From: Octopus vulgaris
Taxonomy: Eukaryota
Assembly (NCBI GenBank): GCA_951406725.2
Contig: OX597814.1
Location: 78,182,001-78,246,000 of the forward strand
Reading direction: 5' to 3'
DNA length: 64,000 nucleotides
Position numbers and translations under genes: made by a program. Within the stretch, counting starts at the first letter, position 1. Each line of letters begins with the position of its first letter. Shown here one piece after another: positions 12,446 through 25,389 of the stretch. Below the pieces are notes generated by a model, which was not told the DNA's origin, did no database searches, and saw only the letters and a list, made by a program, of their open reading frames with translations.

Positions 12446-13047
12446 ACATACATACATACATACATACATACATACACACACACATACATACATACATACA
12501 TACACACACACATACATACATACATACATACATACATACATACATACACACATACATACATACATACATACACACACACATACATACATACATACATACA
12601 TACATACATACATACATACACACATACATACATTCATACATACATACATGCTGACATGCAGGCATACATATATACATACATACATACAAATTCACTCACT
12701 CGCATATTCACAAATCCCTGGAACGTCTTGATTCAAACGAAATGCTGTTACTTTGTTGGTGAGGTTTAAAAAATCGCAAAGGAAAACATACATACATAGG
12801 TATGTTTCAAGCTTCCACTCGAATCACATTCATTTGATGAATGCTCAATTTAACATGAAACTTACAGGTAATGATGTCACCGAAATACCCTTCTTTAAAG
12901 ACAAAATATTGGCATACCTCGACTTACGTCATTTCGAGTTTTGTCTTTTTCTACTTGCATCTTTTTTTAAGAAATAAGTTGGGGAGAAAAAGCATAAATC
13001 CCAACTGCAGTCGATTGATCCGATTTTACATCGGTCTTAGTGATATA

Positions 13048-13595
13048 TTGGGTTGTCCGGAAAGTTCGTGCCGATTTATAGTAGCTTACCTTTCGACTTA
13101 TTTTAAAACATGGTTGAGTTCATAAAATAGGATTTGACTACACCTCCATTTAGAGCACAGTTTAAGCTATCATTTCATGGAAGAAGGTTTATGTTCCTAT
13201 AACCTGTGTTAATTCTGTAACCCTTTAAAATGGAAGATAAGAAAGTTCATTTTCGACACTTGATGCTTTGGGAACCAGACAAAAATTGCTGCAGCTCGGT
13301 TGGGATGTGTTACCCCACCCTCCATATTCACCAGTTATTGCTCCTTCGGATTTCCACTATTTCAGGTCTCTGCAGAATAGTCTTAATGGTAAAATATTTC
13401 AATTCCTTGGATGACGTTAAAAGATACCTTGATAAATTCTTTGCCATGAAACCACCTCAATTCTGGGAAGAGGATATTTTCAAAGAAAGATGGAGACGCA
13501 TTGTGCAACAAAATAGTTCATATTTGGTTGATTAAAAATGTAATGGCAAGTATTTATTGACCGTTTTCTTTCCTTTAAAAATCGGCACAACCCAA
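13048..13595 (+). mobile_element. Internally deleted mariner (Tc1/mariner) element
   Basis: TIRs ttgggttgtcc...gtgccgattt / aaatcggcacaacccaa with TA on both sides. N-terminus MEDKKVHFRHLMLW is joined to WDVLPHPPYSPVIAPSDFHYFRSLQNSL (YSPDLAP motif) and the C-terminal ERWRRIVQQN. Confidence 0.92.
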
Positions 13596-13685
13596 TATTT
13601 AAAAGCATAAGATTACAATGAAAATAATAAACACCAATACTGAGGTGGAAAATCAAATTAAATACATTTGAAAATATGTACTAAC

Positions 13686-14065
13686 AGGTGCGGCTACGTG
13701 ATAAGGAGTTTGTTTCTCAATCATATGGTTCCGGGTACAATCCTACTGCGTGGCACCTTAGACACGGTTTTTTTTTACTACATCCTCGAGCCGACCAAAG
13801 CCTTGTGAATAGATTTGGTAGGCAGAAACTGAACGAATCCCGTTGTGTGTGTGCGTGTGTGTGTATGCATGTATTTATATGTTTGCGTGTGTTTGTGTGT
13901 ATTTGTCCCCCAACACCGCTTGACAGAGTTGTGTTTACGTGCCCGTAACTTAGCGGTTCGGAAAAAGACTGATTGAATAAGTACCGGGCTTTACGAAAGA
14001 TAAGTATTGGGGGTTGGTTCGTTTGGCTAAAATTCATCAAGCTGGTGCCCCGGAATGGCCACAGA
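13686..14065 (+). mobile_element. tRNA-derived CORE-like SINE
   Basis: Head, gcgtggcacc core, (TG)n middle and cccgtaacttagcggttcgg tail shared with other copies. Confidence 0.8.
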
Positions 14066-14475
14066 ATAACTAGTCACAGAATAACAGAATAACCATTTAA
14101 TAAACAGACACATGTTAATAAAGTTTAAAACGTTTTCGTGTTACGACGTAAGTTGTGGGATACCTCTATTGTCATTTTGATAGAAATTCAGCTACTATTT
14201 CTAGCAGGTCGAGCGAGCATTCTGGTATATAGAAAGAATCATGACTTGCCTCGGTTCATATACCAACACCCTGGATAGAATTAGGCGGGTACGTCTATGT
14301 GACCATCCAATCTGCTGGAAAAGCAATCAAGTCTCTTTAAAATTTCACTTTACTCTTTAAAAACAACAACAAAAGTACATAAAGGAGAGCAAATGCTATA
14401 AAAGTTGGATAGCTGAGACTAGAATATTTTTTTATTATGGTTTCTTTTGGTCAGAGCTAAATAACCTAGGGTATG

Positions 14476-14526
<51 letters not shown>

Positions 14527-14772
14527 TGTGTGTTTGTTTGTGTGTGTGTGTGTGTGTGTGAGGGTGTGGATGTGTGTGTGTGTGTGTGCGTACGTGTGCG
14601 GTAGGGGAAGGAGTAAACAGCAACAACATGGTTGGAAGAAAATGAAGAAAAAAGAAGCGAAATTGTTTTGTTATACTTACTTAGTTGATTGGTAAATCAT
14701 GAGCAAGAGGAAGGAAGGAAGGAAGGGAGGGAAAGAGAGAAAAGGGGAGGAAGAGAAGGGAGAGAGAGAGGA

Positions 14773-14940
14773 GAAGAAGAAGAAGAAGAAGAAGAAGAAG
14801 AAGAAGAAGAAGAAGAAGAAGAAGAAGAAGAAGAAGAAGAAGAAGAAGAAGAAGAAGAAGAAGAAGAAGAAGAAGAAGAAGAAGAAGAAGAAGAAGAAGA
14901 AGAAGAAGAAGAAGAAGAAGAAGAAGAAGAAGAAGAAGAA
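14773..14940. repeat. Pure (GAA)n microsatellite, ~56 units, after a purine-rich tract
   Basis: Seen directly; source of the poly-E/K/F/S ORFs. Confidence 0.98.
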
Positions 14941-15389
14941 ATCAGCTGGCGGTCCGGCGGTGAACACAGAGGTAATATGTGAAAGAGGTGAAAATCAGTA
15001 GTTTTGAAAAGCACAGATCGAGTCAGCGCTGTTTGTGTTTGTTTTAGTTTGCCCCTTCTTTTATGTAAACAATGAACGAATGAATGGGTGAATCATACAT
15101 TTCAAGCTGAAGTAATGAATGAAAGGGTAGTGACGCGATGGAAGTCAACAAGTTGCTATAAAAGTCGTCGTTGTTGTTGTTGGTGGTGGTGGTGCTGATG
15201 TTGTTGTTGTTGTTTGTTGTTGATGTTGTTGTGTAACTTCCAAGTCAACGCTATGATAAAAAGTATACATAAGCCATCAATATCCGGGACAACATAAGCT
15301 AATATATCCTTCCACATTTCATTCACTAAGTGTAATTTGACGTACGTTTGGCTGTTATTTTTAGCAGGTCGAACATCTACATACATCGG

Positions 15390-15697
15390 TTATTGTTGTT
15401 TGTTCCTTCACGAACCAAGCCTGGCTCATAAGCGCCGGTTTCCCGGTTTCATTGTCGTATAGGTTCCCCACTTGGACGGGATGCCGGTCCGTCGCAGGTG
15501 AGCTGCTAGATGCAGTAGAAAAGAAAGGAGGTTGTGGCGAAAGAGTCAGCATAAGTTCGCCATTACCTTCTGTCGGGGCCGCGTGGTGCTTAGGTGTTTC
15601 GCTAATAAACACACATACATCGGCCGGTCTGAGATTCGAACCCGCGATCTCTCGACTGCAATTCCGCGGCTCTAATCACAAGACTATGTGCCTCCAC
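15390..15697 (-). mobile_element. tRNA-derived SINE
   Basis: Minus-strand head ...gattagagccgcggaattgcagtcgagagatcgcgggttcgaatctc (B-box GTTCGAATC), a non-tRNA body and an (AAC)-rich tail. Confidence 0.75.
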
Positions 15698-15823
15698 ACA
15701 TACATCGGTGGCTCACAATTTTTTTTTCCTAATTCACATACTGGAGATCATACATACATACATACATACATACATACATACATACATACATGCATACATG
15801 CATACATACATGCATACATGCAG

Positions 15824-16171
15824 AGGCGCAATCGTGACTGTGGTAAGAGGCTTGCTTCCCAACCACATGGTTCCGGGTTCAGTCCCACTCCGGCCGATCA
15901 AAGCCTTATGAGTGGATTTGGTAGACGGAAACTGAAAGAAGCCCGTCGTATATGTGTATAGATATTTGTGTATGCGTCTGCGTTTGTACCCCACCATCGA
16001 GTGACAACTGGTACTGGTTTGTTTATATGCCTATTATCTAGCGGGTCGGCAAAATAGCCCGATAGAATAAGTACTAGGCTTACAAAACACAAGTTCTGAG
16101 GTCGATTTCTTTGACTAAAACTGATTAATGCGGTGTTCCAGCATGACAGTAGTTGACTGAAACGTGTAAAA

Positions 16172-16175
<4 letters not shown>
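15824..16175 (+). mobile_element. tRNA-derived CORE-like SINE
   Basis: gtggtaagaggcttgcttcccaaccacatggttccgggttcagtcccact...ggatttggtagacggaaactgaaagaagcccgtcg. Confidence 0.85.
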
Positions 16176-16209
<34 letters not shown>

Positions 16210-16509
16210 TATATATATATATAAGTTTTCTTCAACTGACGTGATGTATTGGGTATGTATTATGAGTGCTCAGTTAGGTTTACCACTAAAACACTAGTTT
16301 GAACTGCAACTGAAAAGTTGAGACTGCCTATCAGAGGCAGCGAGGAATGGTTTTTCTTTGAGTAGGCAGATATAGATTAAAGTAAAATTGAAAAAGCAAA
16401 ACGTTTGGCATCACTTGAAAATGATATTTAATTTAGATAGAAAATATTAACATACAAACATATGTTTTGCCTTTTCATTTTTACTTTAATCTGCTTGTAT
16501 ATAGATATA

Positions 16510-16885
16510 TGTATTTCGTTTTAGGATTTGGTTTGCAAGATTCTTTATATAAGTTCATGCATTGAAGCATATTCTGTTGTGTCTGGGGAGAGTCATTTTC
16601 TTTTTGTGCCTTATAATGTAACATACTCACCGGTAAAATTTCCACTTATTTCTTATTTTTATTATATTATTTTTTTAATTTTTAGATTTTTAAATTTAAA
16701 AAATTTTTTTATAAAAAAAAAATAAAAATAAGAAATAAGTGGAAAATATATATATATATATATATATACATATATACACACACACATATATATACTGTTG
16801 TGTCTGAAGAGTCATTTTCTTTTTGTGCCTTATAATGTAACACACTCACCGGTAAAATTTCCATTTATTTTTTTTTTATAAAAAA
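16510..16885. mobile_element. TA-flanked interspersed repeat (probable Penelope pseudo-LTR piece) with partial tandem duplication
   Basis: ctgttgtgtctg...gagtcattttctttttgtgccttataatgtaaca.actcaccggtaaaatttcca occurs twice here and in reverse orientation at 24120-24325. Confidence 0.65.
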
Positions 16886-16899
16886 TTTAAAAAAATAAA

Positions 16900-16958
<59 letters not shown>

Positions 16959-17045
16959 CATATACATATACATATATATATACATGTATGTATGTATGTA
17001 TGTATGTATGTATGTATGTGTGTATGTGTGTGTGTGTGTGTGTGC

Positions 17046-17122
<77 letters not shown>

Positions 17123-17153
17123 GCAGTTTCCAGAGAAACTTTTAAAATAAAAT

Positions 17154-17376
17154 CTAACTTTTTCGATGGTAACCCACCAGAGACCTATAATTTAATACAA
17201 ACTTCTTGTTTCAAAGTAATCTAAATTAAAGCCTTTCCTCAAAATTTCATATTATGATTTAAACACTAGCTTAATAATTACAAAGTTAATAATACTAAAT
17301 TTTACATTATCTGTCAAGATTGACTGAAACAAAGGCAGTTTTCTTTTTAAAGAAATACGGTAACAAAATGGTTACA
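17154..17376. mobile_element. Degraded piggyBac-like MITE
   Basis: Ends ctaactttttcgat.../...gtaacaaaatggttac resemble decayed TTAACCCTTTCG termini. Confidence 0.4.
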
Positions 17377-17413
17377 AATTTAGAAAATAAAAATACAGAA
17401 AGCTCTAGCTTAC

Positions 17414-17653
17414 CTCCTTTTATTAATCATATTTGTGCATAACAAAATTTTAAATGACATGCTTTTGTAAGGTAGCAGTTAGTGTGGATCTTTTATAACC
17501 TTAAATTTTAAAAATATATCCCCGGAACACTTATCGTTTGCTCTGCAGCGTTGTATTGTGGCGTACTGTTAGGGAATAACTGATGTCATATGTGAAGACG
17601 GACAAAGCATAATGACATGGGCAGGATGGGTTGAAGCAAGCGGTAAACGATAT
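17414..17653 (-). other. Candidate non-coding (5' UTR) exon of the integrin alpha gene
   Basis: Unique sequence bounded by ttttgttatgttAG and GAG|GTAAGC; stops in all three minus frames. Confidence 0.3.
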
Positions 17654-17811
17654 CTAACATAACAAAATCATCATCCCTACATACGTATATATACACATAC
17701 ACACACATACACACCTATATACATATGTATATATGTATATACATACATATACATATATATGTGTGTATATATGTATATATACATAATACATACATAGATA
17801 CATACATACTT

Positions 17812-17893
<82 letters not shown>

Positions 17894-18002
17894 TTGATAA
17901 TCGGTAGATGTTACAGATTTACATAAGAGCTGAGAGTTTCTTGCATTGGCGTTTACCAAAGCACGAAACTTTCGCACTTGAGCCAATTTATAACTTCTGC
18001 CG

Positions 18003-18080
<78 letters not shown>

Positions 18081-18151
18081 CCATTTTACTTTAGGCACAC
18101 TACTTGAAAGTTTGGGAGAGGGGGACTAGTTGATTACATCAACCACAGTCT

Positions 18152-18207
<56 letters not shown>

Positions 18208-18557
18208 TCGTGTGTGTGTATATATATATATGTGTGTGTGTGTGTAAATATCACTTTGTGTAAATCCCTTTATGTGGGTGTAATCAGCTTTGAGCATTCC
18301 CACCCTACTCGCGGAGGGTAATTCATACTATCCAGGTGCGCGTAGCGTGTAGTTGCTACTTGTAGCACTTACCACCAACCTATATTGGACGAAGACGGAG
18401 ATAAGACAAACAAAAACAAGGGTTTTAAAGCGTTTTGAATACTTTACAATGGAGATTACATATAATAGCCTTTTATGATTATTTTTCTTATTAATGGTGT
18501 TATGTAAGAAATTTTAATTACTATCTTATTTGTATGAGTGTGTGTGTGTGTGTGTGT

Positions 18558-18604
<47 letters not shown>

Positions 18605-18694
18605 ATATGAAAAAGTATTGCTTTCTAAAAATTGTCTTATTATTGTAAATAATATTATAATGTTTCTACCTTCATTGTCCTTTTAAACATTATT

Positions 18695-18831
18695 TTTCTT
18701 GGCGAGATTTGTATTCCGTTCTGAGTTCAAATCTAGCTATGCTCTATATTCATCAGGGGCCAAAGTACTGGGATCGATGTAATTGACTTCCCCTTCCCTC
18801 TAAAATTGCTGGCCTTGTGCCAAAATTAGGA

Positions 18832-18899
<68 letters not shown>

Positions 18900-19440
18900 G
18901 GCGGTGAGTTGGCAGAATCATTATTGTGCGAGTAAAATGCTTTGCGACGTTTCTTCCGTCTTTACGTTCTGAGTTCAAATCCGCAGAGATTGACTTTCAT
19001 CCTCTCGGGGTCGATAAAATAAGTACCATTTGAATACTGGAGTCGATGTAATCGACTCATCCTTTCCATCGCCCCCAAAATTTCAGCCCTTGTGGCAAAA
19101 TTTGAAACCATTATCATTATTGTTGTTGTTGTTATTTGCGCGTACCACTAGTGAACTAACGGCCCTGTCAGCTTGCCAACTTGCCAAAATACAAGGCCTG
19201 AAGTTTTGTGGAGAGAGGCTACTGGAATACATGGACCCCAGTGCACACCTGGTACCTATTTTATCGACCCCGAAAGTTTGAAAGGAATAGCCTCGAACGA
19301 AATTTCTTCTGATTTTACGTTCTGAGTTGAAATGTCGCCTTTCGGGGTCGATGAAATAAGTACCAGTTGTATCCTACGGTCGATGTAATCGACTAGCCTC
19401 CTTCCCCAAAATTTTAGGCCATGTGTCTAGAGTAGAAAAA
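18695..19440. mobile_element. Cluster of Meta-type SINE copies separated by (TTA)n tails
   Basis: Repeated gttctgagttcaaat / ggggtcgat.aaataagtacca / gatgtaatcgact / ggccttgtgcc blocks. Confidence 0.8.
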
Positions 19441-19799
19441 AACTATTTATTTATTTATTTATGCATCTATTAACTTTACTTTATTGATTTTATGCACGTT
19501 GTGAGAACATAAGACAAAGGTTGTTGAATTTAATACTCACAGTTGATAAAGAAACACTTATCGAAATTACCACCACCACTATCACTATAACCGTCACCAC
19601 CCCCACCACCAGCATCACTGTCACTGCTGCCACCACCATCATTACATAGTCTACAATGGGTTGATTATATCTACATTTGTTTTTTGTTTTGAATATATTC
19701 GTGATATTGTTTACGGTCGGCCTAGCGTGTTGTGGAGCACAGTGTAGGGATATATTGATCAGATGGCGATAGCTGTATGAGTAACCCACCCTGACTCAC

Positions 19800-19935
19800 C
19801 TGAATCATAGCACAGTGTGGGGTCTGTAACACCCGGCATCTAGTTTAGTTGACGGGTAGGTGCATGTGTGTGTCATCACGATTTCCTCTTCGTACGCTTG
19901 CATTTCCTTCTCGCCCATGCCCTGTAATTTATAAA
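19800..19935 (-). promoter_or_regulatory. Candidate TATA promoter plus short first non-coding exon
   Basis: Minus-strand TTTATAAAT at about 19926-19934, then unique sequence ending in a perfect donor CAG|GTGAGT at 19800/19799. Confidence 0.3.
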
Positions 19936-20006
19936 GCTTCGCGTGCGCACACACGCATACACACACACATACATGCAGACATATAGAGATATATATTGGC
20001 TCGTCA

Positions 20007-20316
20007 GGAGGCGCAATGGCCCAGTGGTTAGGGCAGCGGACTCGCGGTCGTAGGATCGCAGTTTCGATTCCCAGACCGGGCATTGTGAGTGTTTATTGAG
20101 CAAAAACACCTAAAGCTCCACGTGGCTCCGGCAGGGGTGGTGGTGAACCCTGCTGTACTCTTTCACCACAACTTTCTCTCACTCTTTCTTCCTGTTTCTG
20201 TTGTACCTGTATTTCAAAGGGCCAACCTTTTCACACTCTATGTCACGCTGAATCTCCCCGAGAACTACGTTAAGGGTACACCTGTCTGTGAAATGCTCGG
20301 CCACTTACACGTTAAT
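20007..20316 (+). mobile_element. tRNA(Arg)-derived SINE
   Basis: ggaggcgcaatggcccagtggttagggcagcggactcgcggtcgtaggatcgcagtttcgattcccag (A/B boxes, TCG anticodon) followed by a non-tRNA body; other copies at 34413-34766 and 38331-38625. Confidence 0.88.
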
Positions 20317-20651
20317 AAATGAGCTGCGACGTCACTGGATAACATCGGTGGCGTGTAGAAGGGAGGCTAGTATGCGTGGCGACTGCTGGTCTTCCATGAA
20401 CAACCCTGCCCAGACTTGTGCCTCGGAGGGTAACTTTCTAGGTGTCACAACAACATTGGCTCGTCAGATAAATTCGTTGTTTTTTTTCTATTTATTTTAA
20501 TCCTCGTTTTTCAGCAAAGATTCTAAAATATATTCAAATTTCAAAAACTATGAATTAATGTTGCAGAGGATGAACAGAGCTTCAAAACAAAAAACGAAAA
20601 AAAAAACAAATCCCTACGATGAAAATATTTTTTGTGCTAATTCAAACAGAC

Positions 20652-20958
20652 TCGGCATTTCGTCAGTTACGACGATGAGTGTTTTAGTTGATCTGAGTAA
20701 CCTGCACGTGAAATTAACGTGCAAGTGGCTGAGCACTCCACAGACTCGCATGCTCTCAACGTAGTTCCGAGGAGGAGTCAGCATAACAGAATGTGACAAG
20801 GCTGGCTCTTTGAATTACAGGTACAACTAATTTTTTGCCAGCCGAGTGGACAGGAGCAACATGAAATGAAATGTCTTGCTCAAGGACACAACGCACCGCC
20901 GGGAATCGAACTCATGATCGTGAGTCGAATGCCCCTAACCACTAGGCCATACGCCTTT
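20652..20958 (-). mobile_element. tRNA-derived SINE sharing its tail with the tRNA(Arg) family
   Basis: Minus head ggcgtatggcctagtggttagggg...gttcgattccc; tail gagtgctcagccacttgcacgttaatttcacg. Confidence 0.8.
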
Positions 20959-21863
20959 CTATTTCAAATAACATAAGAAAGAATTAAAATCAATGCGGAA
21001 AAGCTAACGATTCTCCTTCAATTCGCTTTGTGGACTTTAAAAAGTAGAAGGACACTCTAGACGTAGACAATATAGTCCTAGCTATACAACAATGATGGGA
21101 TAGTCACTGGATGAATGTCTTTGGTTACAGTTTGTTCGATCAGAGCAAAACAGCCGCAACATCGAAGATCTGCTCAGTGGGATTTGAACTCATGACGCCG
21201 GAGCAAATATTACAAAGTTTTGTGTTCTATGTTGTAATGACTACCAACTCACAGTCGATCACAAAAACTTTGATGATATACCTACCACATGAGTTGCTCG
21301 GCAAAGGTTTAGAATTATCTTGGTCTCATGAGTACTAAAAACTGCTGTTCAACATTTAACCGATGCATAGTACCTAACTTCAGAGAGATGAACGAATCAA
21401 AACTATTAAATCTAGCATCAAATGTCATTCAACATGACGATTTATTGTCTGTGGTGTACTTTCGTTCTCTCTTTAGATGTTTTATCATATCTACATATAA
21501 ATTTGATTATCGAAATGAATATTTTAGACCTAGAATCACCGCTCGCATTTTTTTTATTTTGTGAATGACCTGAAGGTGTATGGTTAAGAAATTTGCCATT
21601 TCAACAAACAATTTAATCTCGTCATCTAATTTTCCACAGACGCCGGAATGAAATTAGAAGTTTAAATGTACATTTATATATAATGACAAAGAAAGAGAAA
21701 GTTGTTCCCTGCCAAGAAAATTTTAAGATGAAGTGCCTGGCAATACAGCATATACAACGTAAGGGAATGTAGCAGTCAATCACCCAAGTAGAAATAGCAG
21801 TCACATTTCTTCAAATTACCGTCTTAAAGTAGGACGGATATATTGGAGAGTATAGGTCTATAT

Positions 21864-22118
21864 CAGTGATTCTCAACCATCTTTTACCAATGGACACCCT
21901 TTGATTCCTATTTTACTCGGGTGGACCCTTATAGCCATTTGATGCTTAAACATCCTTTAATACTTTTATAGTTAAATATCATTAGGAATTGTATTAAAAG
22001 ATTTGTTAAAATATTTTGTGTATTCTAGAAGTATAATTAATTTATTGCACATATATTTTAACAACAAAATCTAATATGAACTTTCGAGGGCCATATAGAA
22101 TCCGGTTGAGAACCGCTG
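21864..22118. mobile_element. hAT (Charlie-type) MITE inserted inside another repeat
   Basis: TIRs cagtgattctcaacc / ggttgagaaccgctg; 8-bp TSD gtctatat / atctatat (7 of 8 match). Confidence 0.88.
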
Positions 22119-22599
22119 ATCTATATATACAAAAAAAAAAGATTGAAATACATTTCATTGTATATTCGCTTGATCAGAGCTAATCTGGAATTAAACAACA
22201 ATAACAACAATCTATATGACAAACTGATGGCTGCAAGTATCCTGGGCCTGATGAGAATGCTGTACATAACGGATTTGTTAATGAACGAGAGATAAGAAGT
22301 GAATGTCTCAAGACAGTAAAAGAAATATGATCATCTCATCTCTCAGCGTACAACAAACGCATTTCCCACAGCCCTAACCTCATCCATATATTTCTCCTTC
22401 TGAATCTGCTATAACAAGAACTACAGTAAACTGTTCAATGTTACTGTAAATTTCAATATCAATGACCATAAGATCATGTAGGTAGGGTACATTTCTCGTG
22501 TAGAATGGAAGTCGGATACTGAGTGGGAAGGGTAGGCCTTTATAGTCGGCCTCAGTCCGTCTTAGGAGGCAACGGAAATTTCTATTTTTCCTTTTTTAC

Positions 22600-23440
22600 T
22601 TCACTCTTCCTACGTCTTTGTTATGCTGACACATCGCATGAAGATCGGGTCTTTAAGTAAGTAGTAAGCCCTCGTTTCTGGCAATGACGAAATACCTCCA
22701 GCAGCAAAAAAATAAAAATAAAAATGACTATTTTTTAAAGTATATAAGCACGAAATTAATAGTATGCTGTTGTGTGAACCAACCACGACTAAGCTAAGGA
22801 TACCTAGGACTAGATTAGCAAATGTATATTTATTTTTATTATTATTATGGCCGAGTGAGACTTTAATGAATTTGTCTACCACTTCTAGCAGATCGTTAGC
22901 TTGAAGTAAAAACATCATTATGGTGGCTGCCGAGCATAAGAAGAGATAAAAATTAAATACTTTAACAACATTTCTCAGAAAGGAGTGGCTTACGTTGATA
23001 TGTATTTCATTTGTACTTAGATATAAGAGTTTGACTTTGAAAACTTCACAAATATTGCCCCACCGTCGGAGCTGTTTCCGCTTTGTGATGCTCGTAACAC
23101 TAAAATAACGGTTTACCAAAACTATAAGAGTGGGATTCATCCGGTACATCGTACAACAGAGAAGGGCTTGTGACTATATACCGTGCCCCTCCCTATAATA
23201 GATCTCACAATGACCTTGAATTTTAATAAGATCCATCCCTGGAGGGTCCTCTCAAAATTCAAAGGAACTGTAAGCCCGATAAATATTTTGTTGACTCATG
23301 GAATAGTACGACTTTCTAGAGCTCCTTATCTGCTCACGTTTATTGCAACGACTAATCTTCAAGGATGCAAACCAAACATTAACTGCACTCACCTCATACT
23401 TATCTTCAGGTCATAAAAATGGTTAGGACCCTCCCCACAC
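22600..23440 (-). mobile_element. Heavily degraded LINE RT remnant
   Basis: Minus-strand remnants LEVVDKF..LG and LQG resemble RT motifs; many stops. Confidence 0.35.
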
Positions 23441-23573
23441 CAACATATCACTTCCTCTGTAAGATTACGAATAACAACAACATATGATGGGATATGGTAA
23501 GTAATACAAATATTTGTAGGTTTTAGCCGACATCTGCTGTGTTTTCAGAGTTAGTCAACCCCTTCATTTATGC

Positions 23574-23604
<31 letters not shown>

Positions 23605-23819
23605 TGTATGTATGTATGTATGTATGTGTGTATGTATGTATGTATGTGTATGTATGTATGTACTGTATTCAAAGATACACGCACTAACACTTACACACGC
23701 GCGCGCGCGCACACACACACACAAACATATAATAAGAGTCTGCTAGAATATTCACCTCACCATGCTTGTGTGTTCGTTTGAAATCCCAAATCACATTAAA
23801 AAAACGAACGTAAGTTATA

Positions 23820-24075
23820 AATATAAAGCATAAAGATATTATTAATGAATAATAATATTAGTGGCCAGCAAGTGTAAAACCGTAGAGGCAAATTTTTAAG
23901 CTTTCACCATTCTTTATCGAGATTTTAATGAGATTTATGTGGCTTCGGAGTTCTGACTCTTATTTCTAGCAAAGTTGGTACTTTCTACTACCCTTATTTT
24001 ATAAATTTACCTATATGGTTTTACGCTTGCTGACCACTAATATTATTATTTATTAATAATAATATCTTTATATTT

Positions 24076-24077
<2 letters not shown>
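23820..24077. repeat. Foldback element with ~75 bp inverted arms
   Basis: ataaagatattattaatgaataataatattagtggccagcaagtgtaaaaccgtag is mirrored by atatggttttacgcttgctgaccactaatattattatttattaataataatatctttat. Confidence 0.85.
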
Positions 24078-24119
<42 letters not shown>

Positions 24120-24122
<3 letters not shown>

Positions 24123-24325
24123 AGAGTCAAAACTATTGAAAAGGTTGCAAGATGCAACGAAAATTTTTGGAAAATAAAGATAAGGAAAAAAAGTGTAAAT
24201 TTTACCGGTGAGTGTGTTATATTATAAGGCACAAAAAAAATGACTCTCCTCAGACACAACAGAATATGCTTCAACACACGAACTCATATAAAGAATCTTG
24301 CAAACCAAATCCAAAAACGAAATAT
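24120..24325 (+). mobile_element. TA-flanked repeat (family of 16510-16885) with a degenerate hammerhead-like motif
   Basis: ttgaaaag-gttgc-aagat-gcaac-gaaa stem-loop; the remainder is the reverse complement of 16510-16650. Confidence 0.6.
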
Positions 24326-24399
24326 ATATATATATGTATAAAAGAAGTTTGAAAACGCCGGCGTTTTCAAACTTCATTTTTATAAATATATGCCACCTA

Positions 24400-24458
<59 letters not shown>

Positions 24459-24494
24459 TACATAAACACCTACATACATGCATACATACATACA

Positions 24495-24538
<44 letters not shown>

Positions 24539-25389
24539 TACATGACTCAGACATTTATCAACAAAGGATAACTTGAGTCTTTCAAAGTTTCTATTACGTA
24601 TCATTTATTTTAAGTTGTATTAGTTAAAATTTTGTGATGTAATTACAGATAAATCAGTGGTAAGAGAATAAAAGAAAGTGAGAAGAGAATGAGGAAGAGA
24701 GAGAGAGAGAGAGGGGGGACGAGGGAGAGAGAAAGAAAAAGAAAGAGAAAGATAGACAGACAGTCAGGCACGGGGTGGGGACGAGCAAGAAAGATTGCAA
24801 CAGTGCGATGGAGTGATATCTAAAGATGATAAAACAGAAGTGGTAGAAATAAAGCAATATAGGGCTGAAAAGGAAGTGAATGATTGGCTGAGAAATATGC
24901 ATCTACGAATTAATATGTAGCTGTCAGGTGATTCATTCAATTCTTGTGATTCAGTTGAAATATTATTAGGGTGGGGTATGTATATATTTGGAGAGACGTG
25001 TGTGATATTGTTTAAAGTAAATCAGTATAAATGACCTTTTGTGTAAGAGCTTTTATACGTCACCAGCACGTGGGTGGGGGCTCTGCAGTGTACCATCTGC
25101 TTTATAAGCAAGGCACTGTTTAATCATTACTTATATAGCACCTGGTATGAGAGATTTACTGGAGCTTAACCCAGCTTTTACGACGTCAACCAATTAAAAC
25201 GATAAATAAAAATAAAGCATGAATTTTATTAGCATATTTACTATTTGAAGAAAGCAGAATGCAGAGGAACACGTTTTCTAATTATCTATTTTTTTCTAAA
25301 CAATTAAAAAGCTTCTCCTTCTAGACAGCACACCTGTCTCGATGTAACACTGCAAGTTATCGAAACACTCATTAATTATAAAAGCGATT

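Noticed and set aside
14677-15014. Poly-E, poly-K, poly-S and poly-F ORFs
   Set aside because: They are translations of the (GAA)n tract.
20007-20080. tRNA-Arg-like sequence (also at 34700-34766 and 38331-38405)
   Set aside because: Acceptor stems are imperfect and each continues into a shared SINE body, so these are SINE heads, not tRNA genes.
22610-23149. 179-aa minus-strand ORF
   Set aside because: No domain beyond a decayed LINE-like motif and no convincing splice sites.
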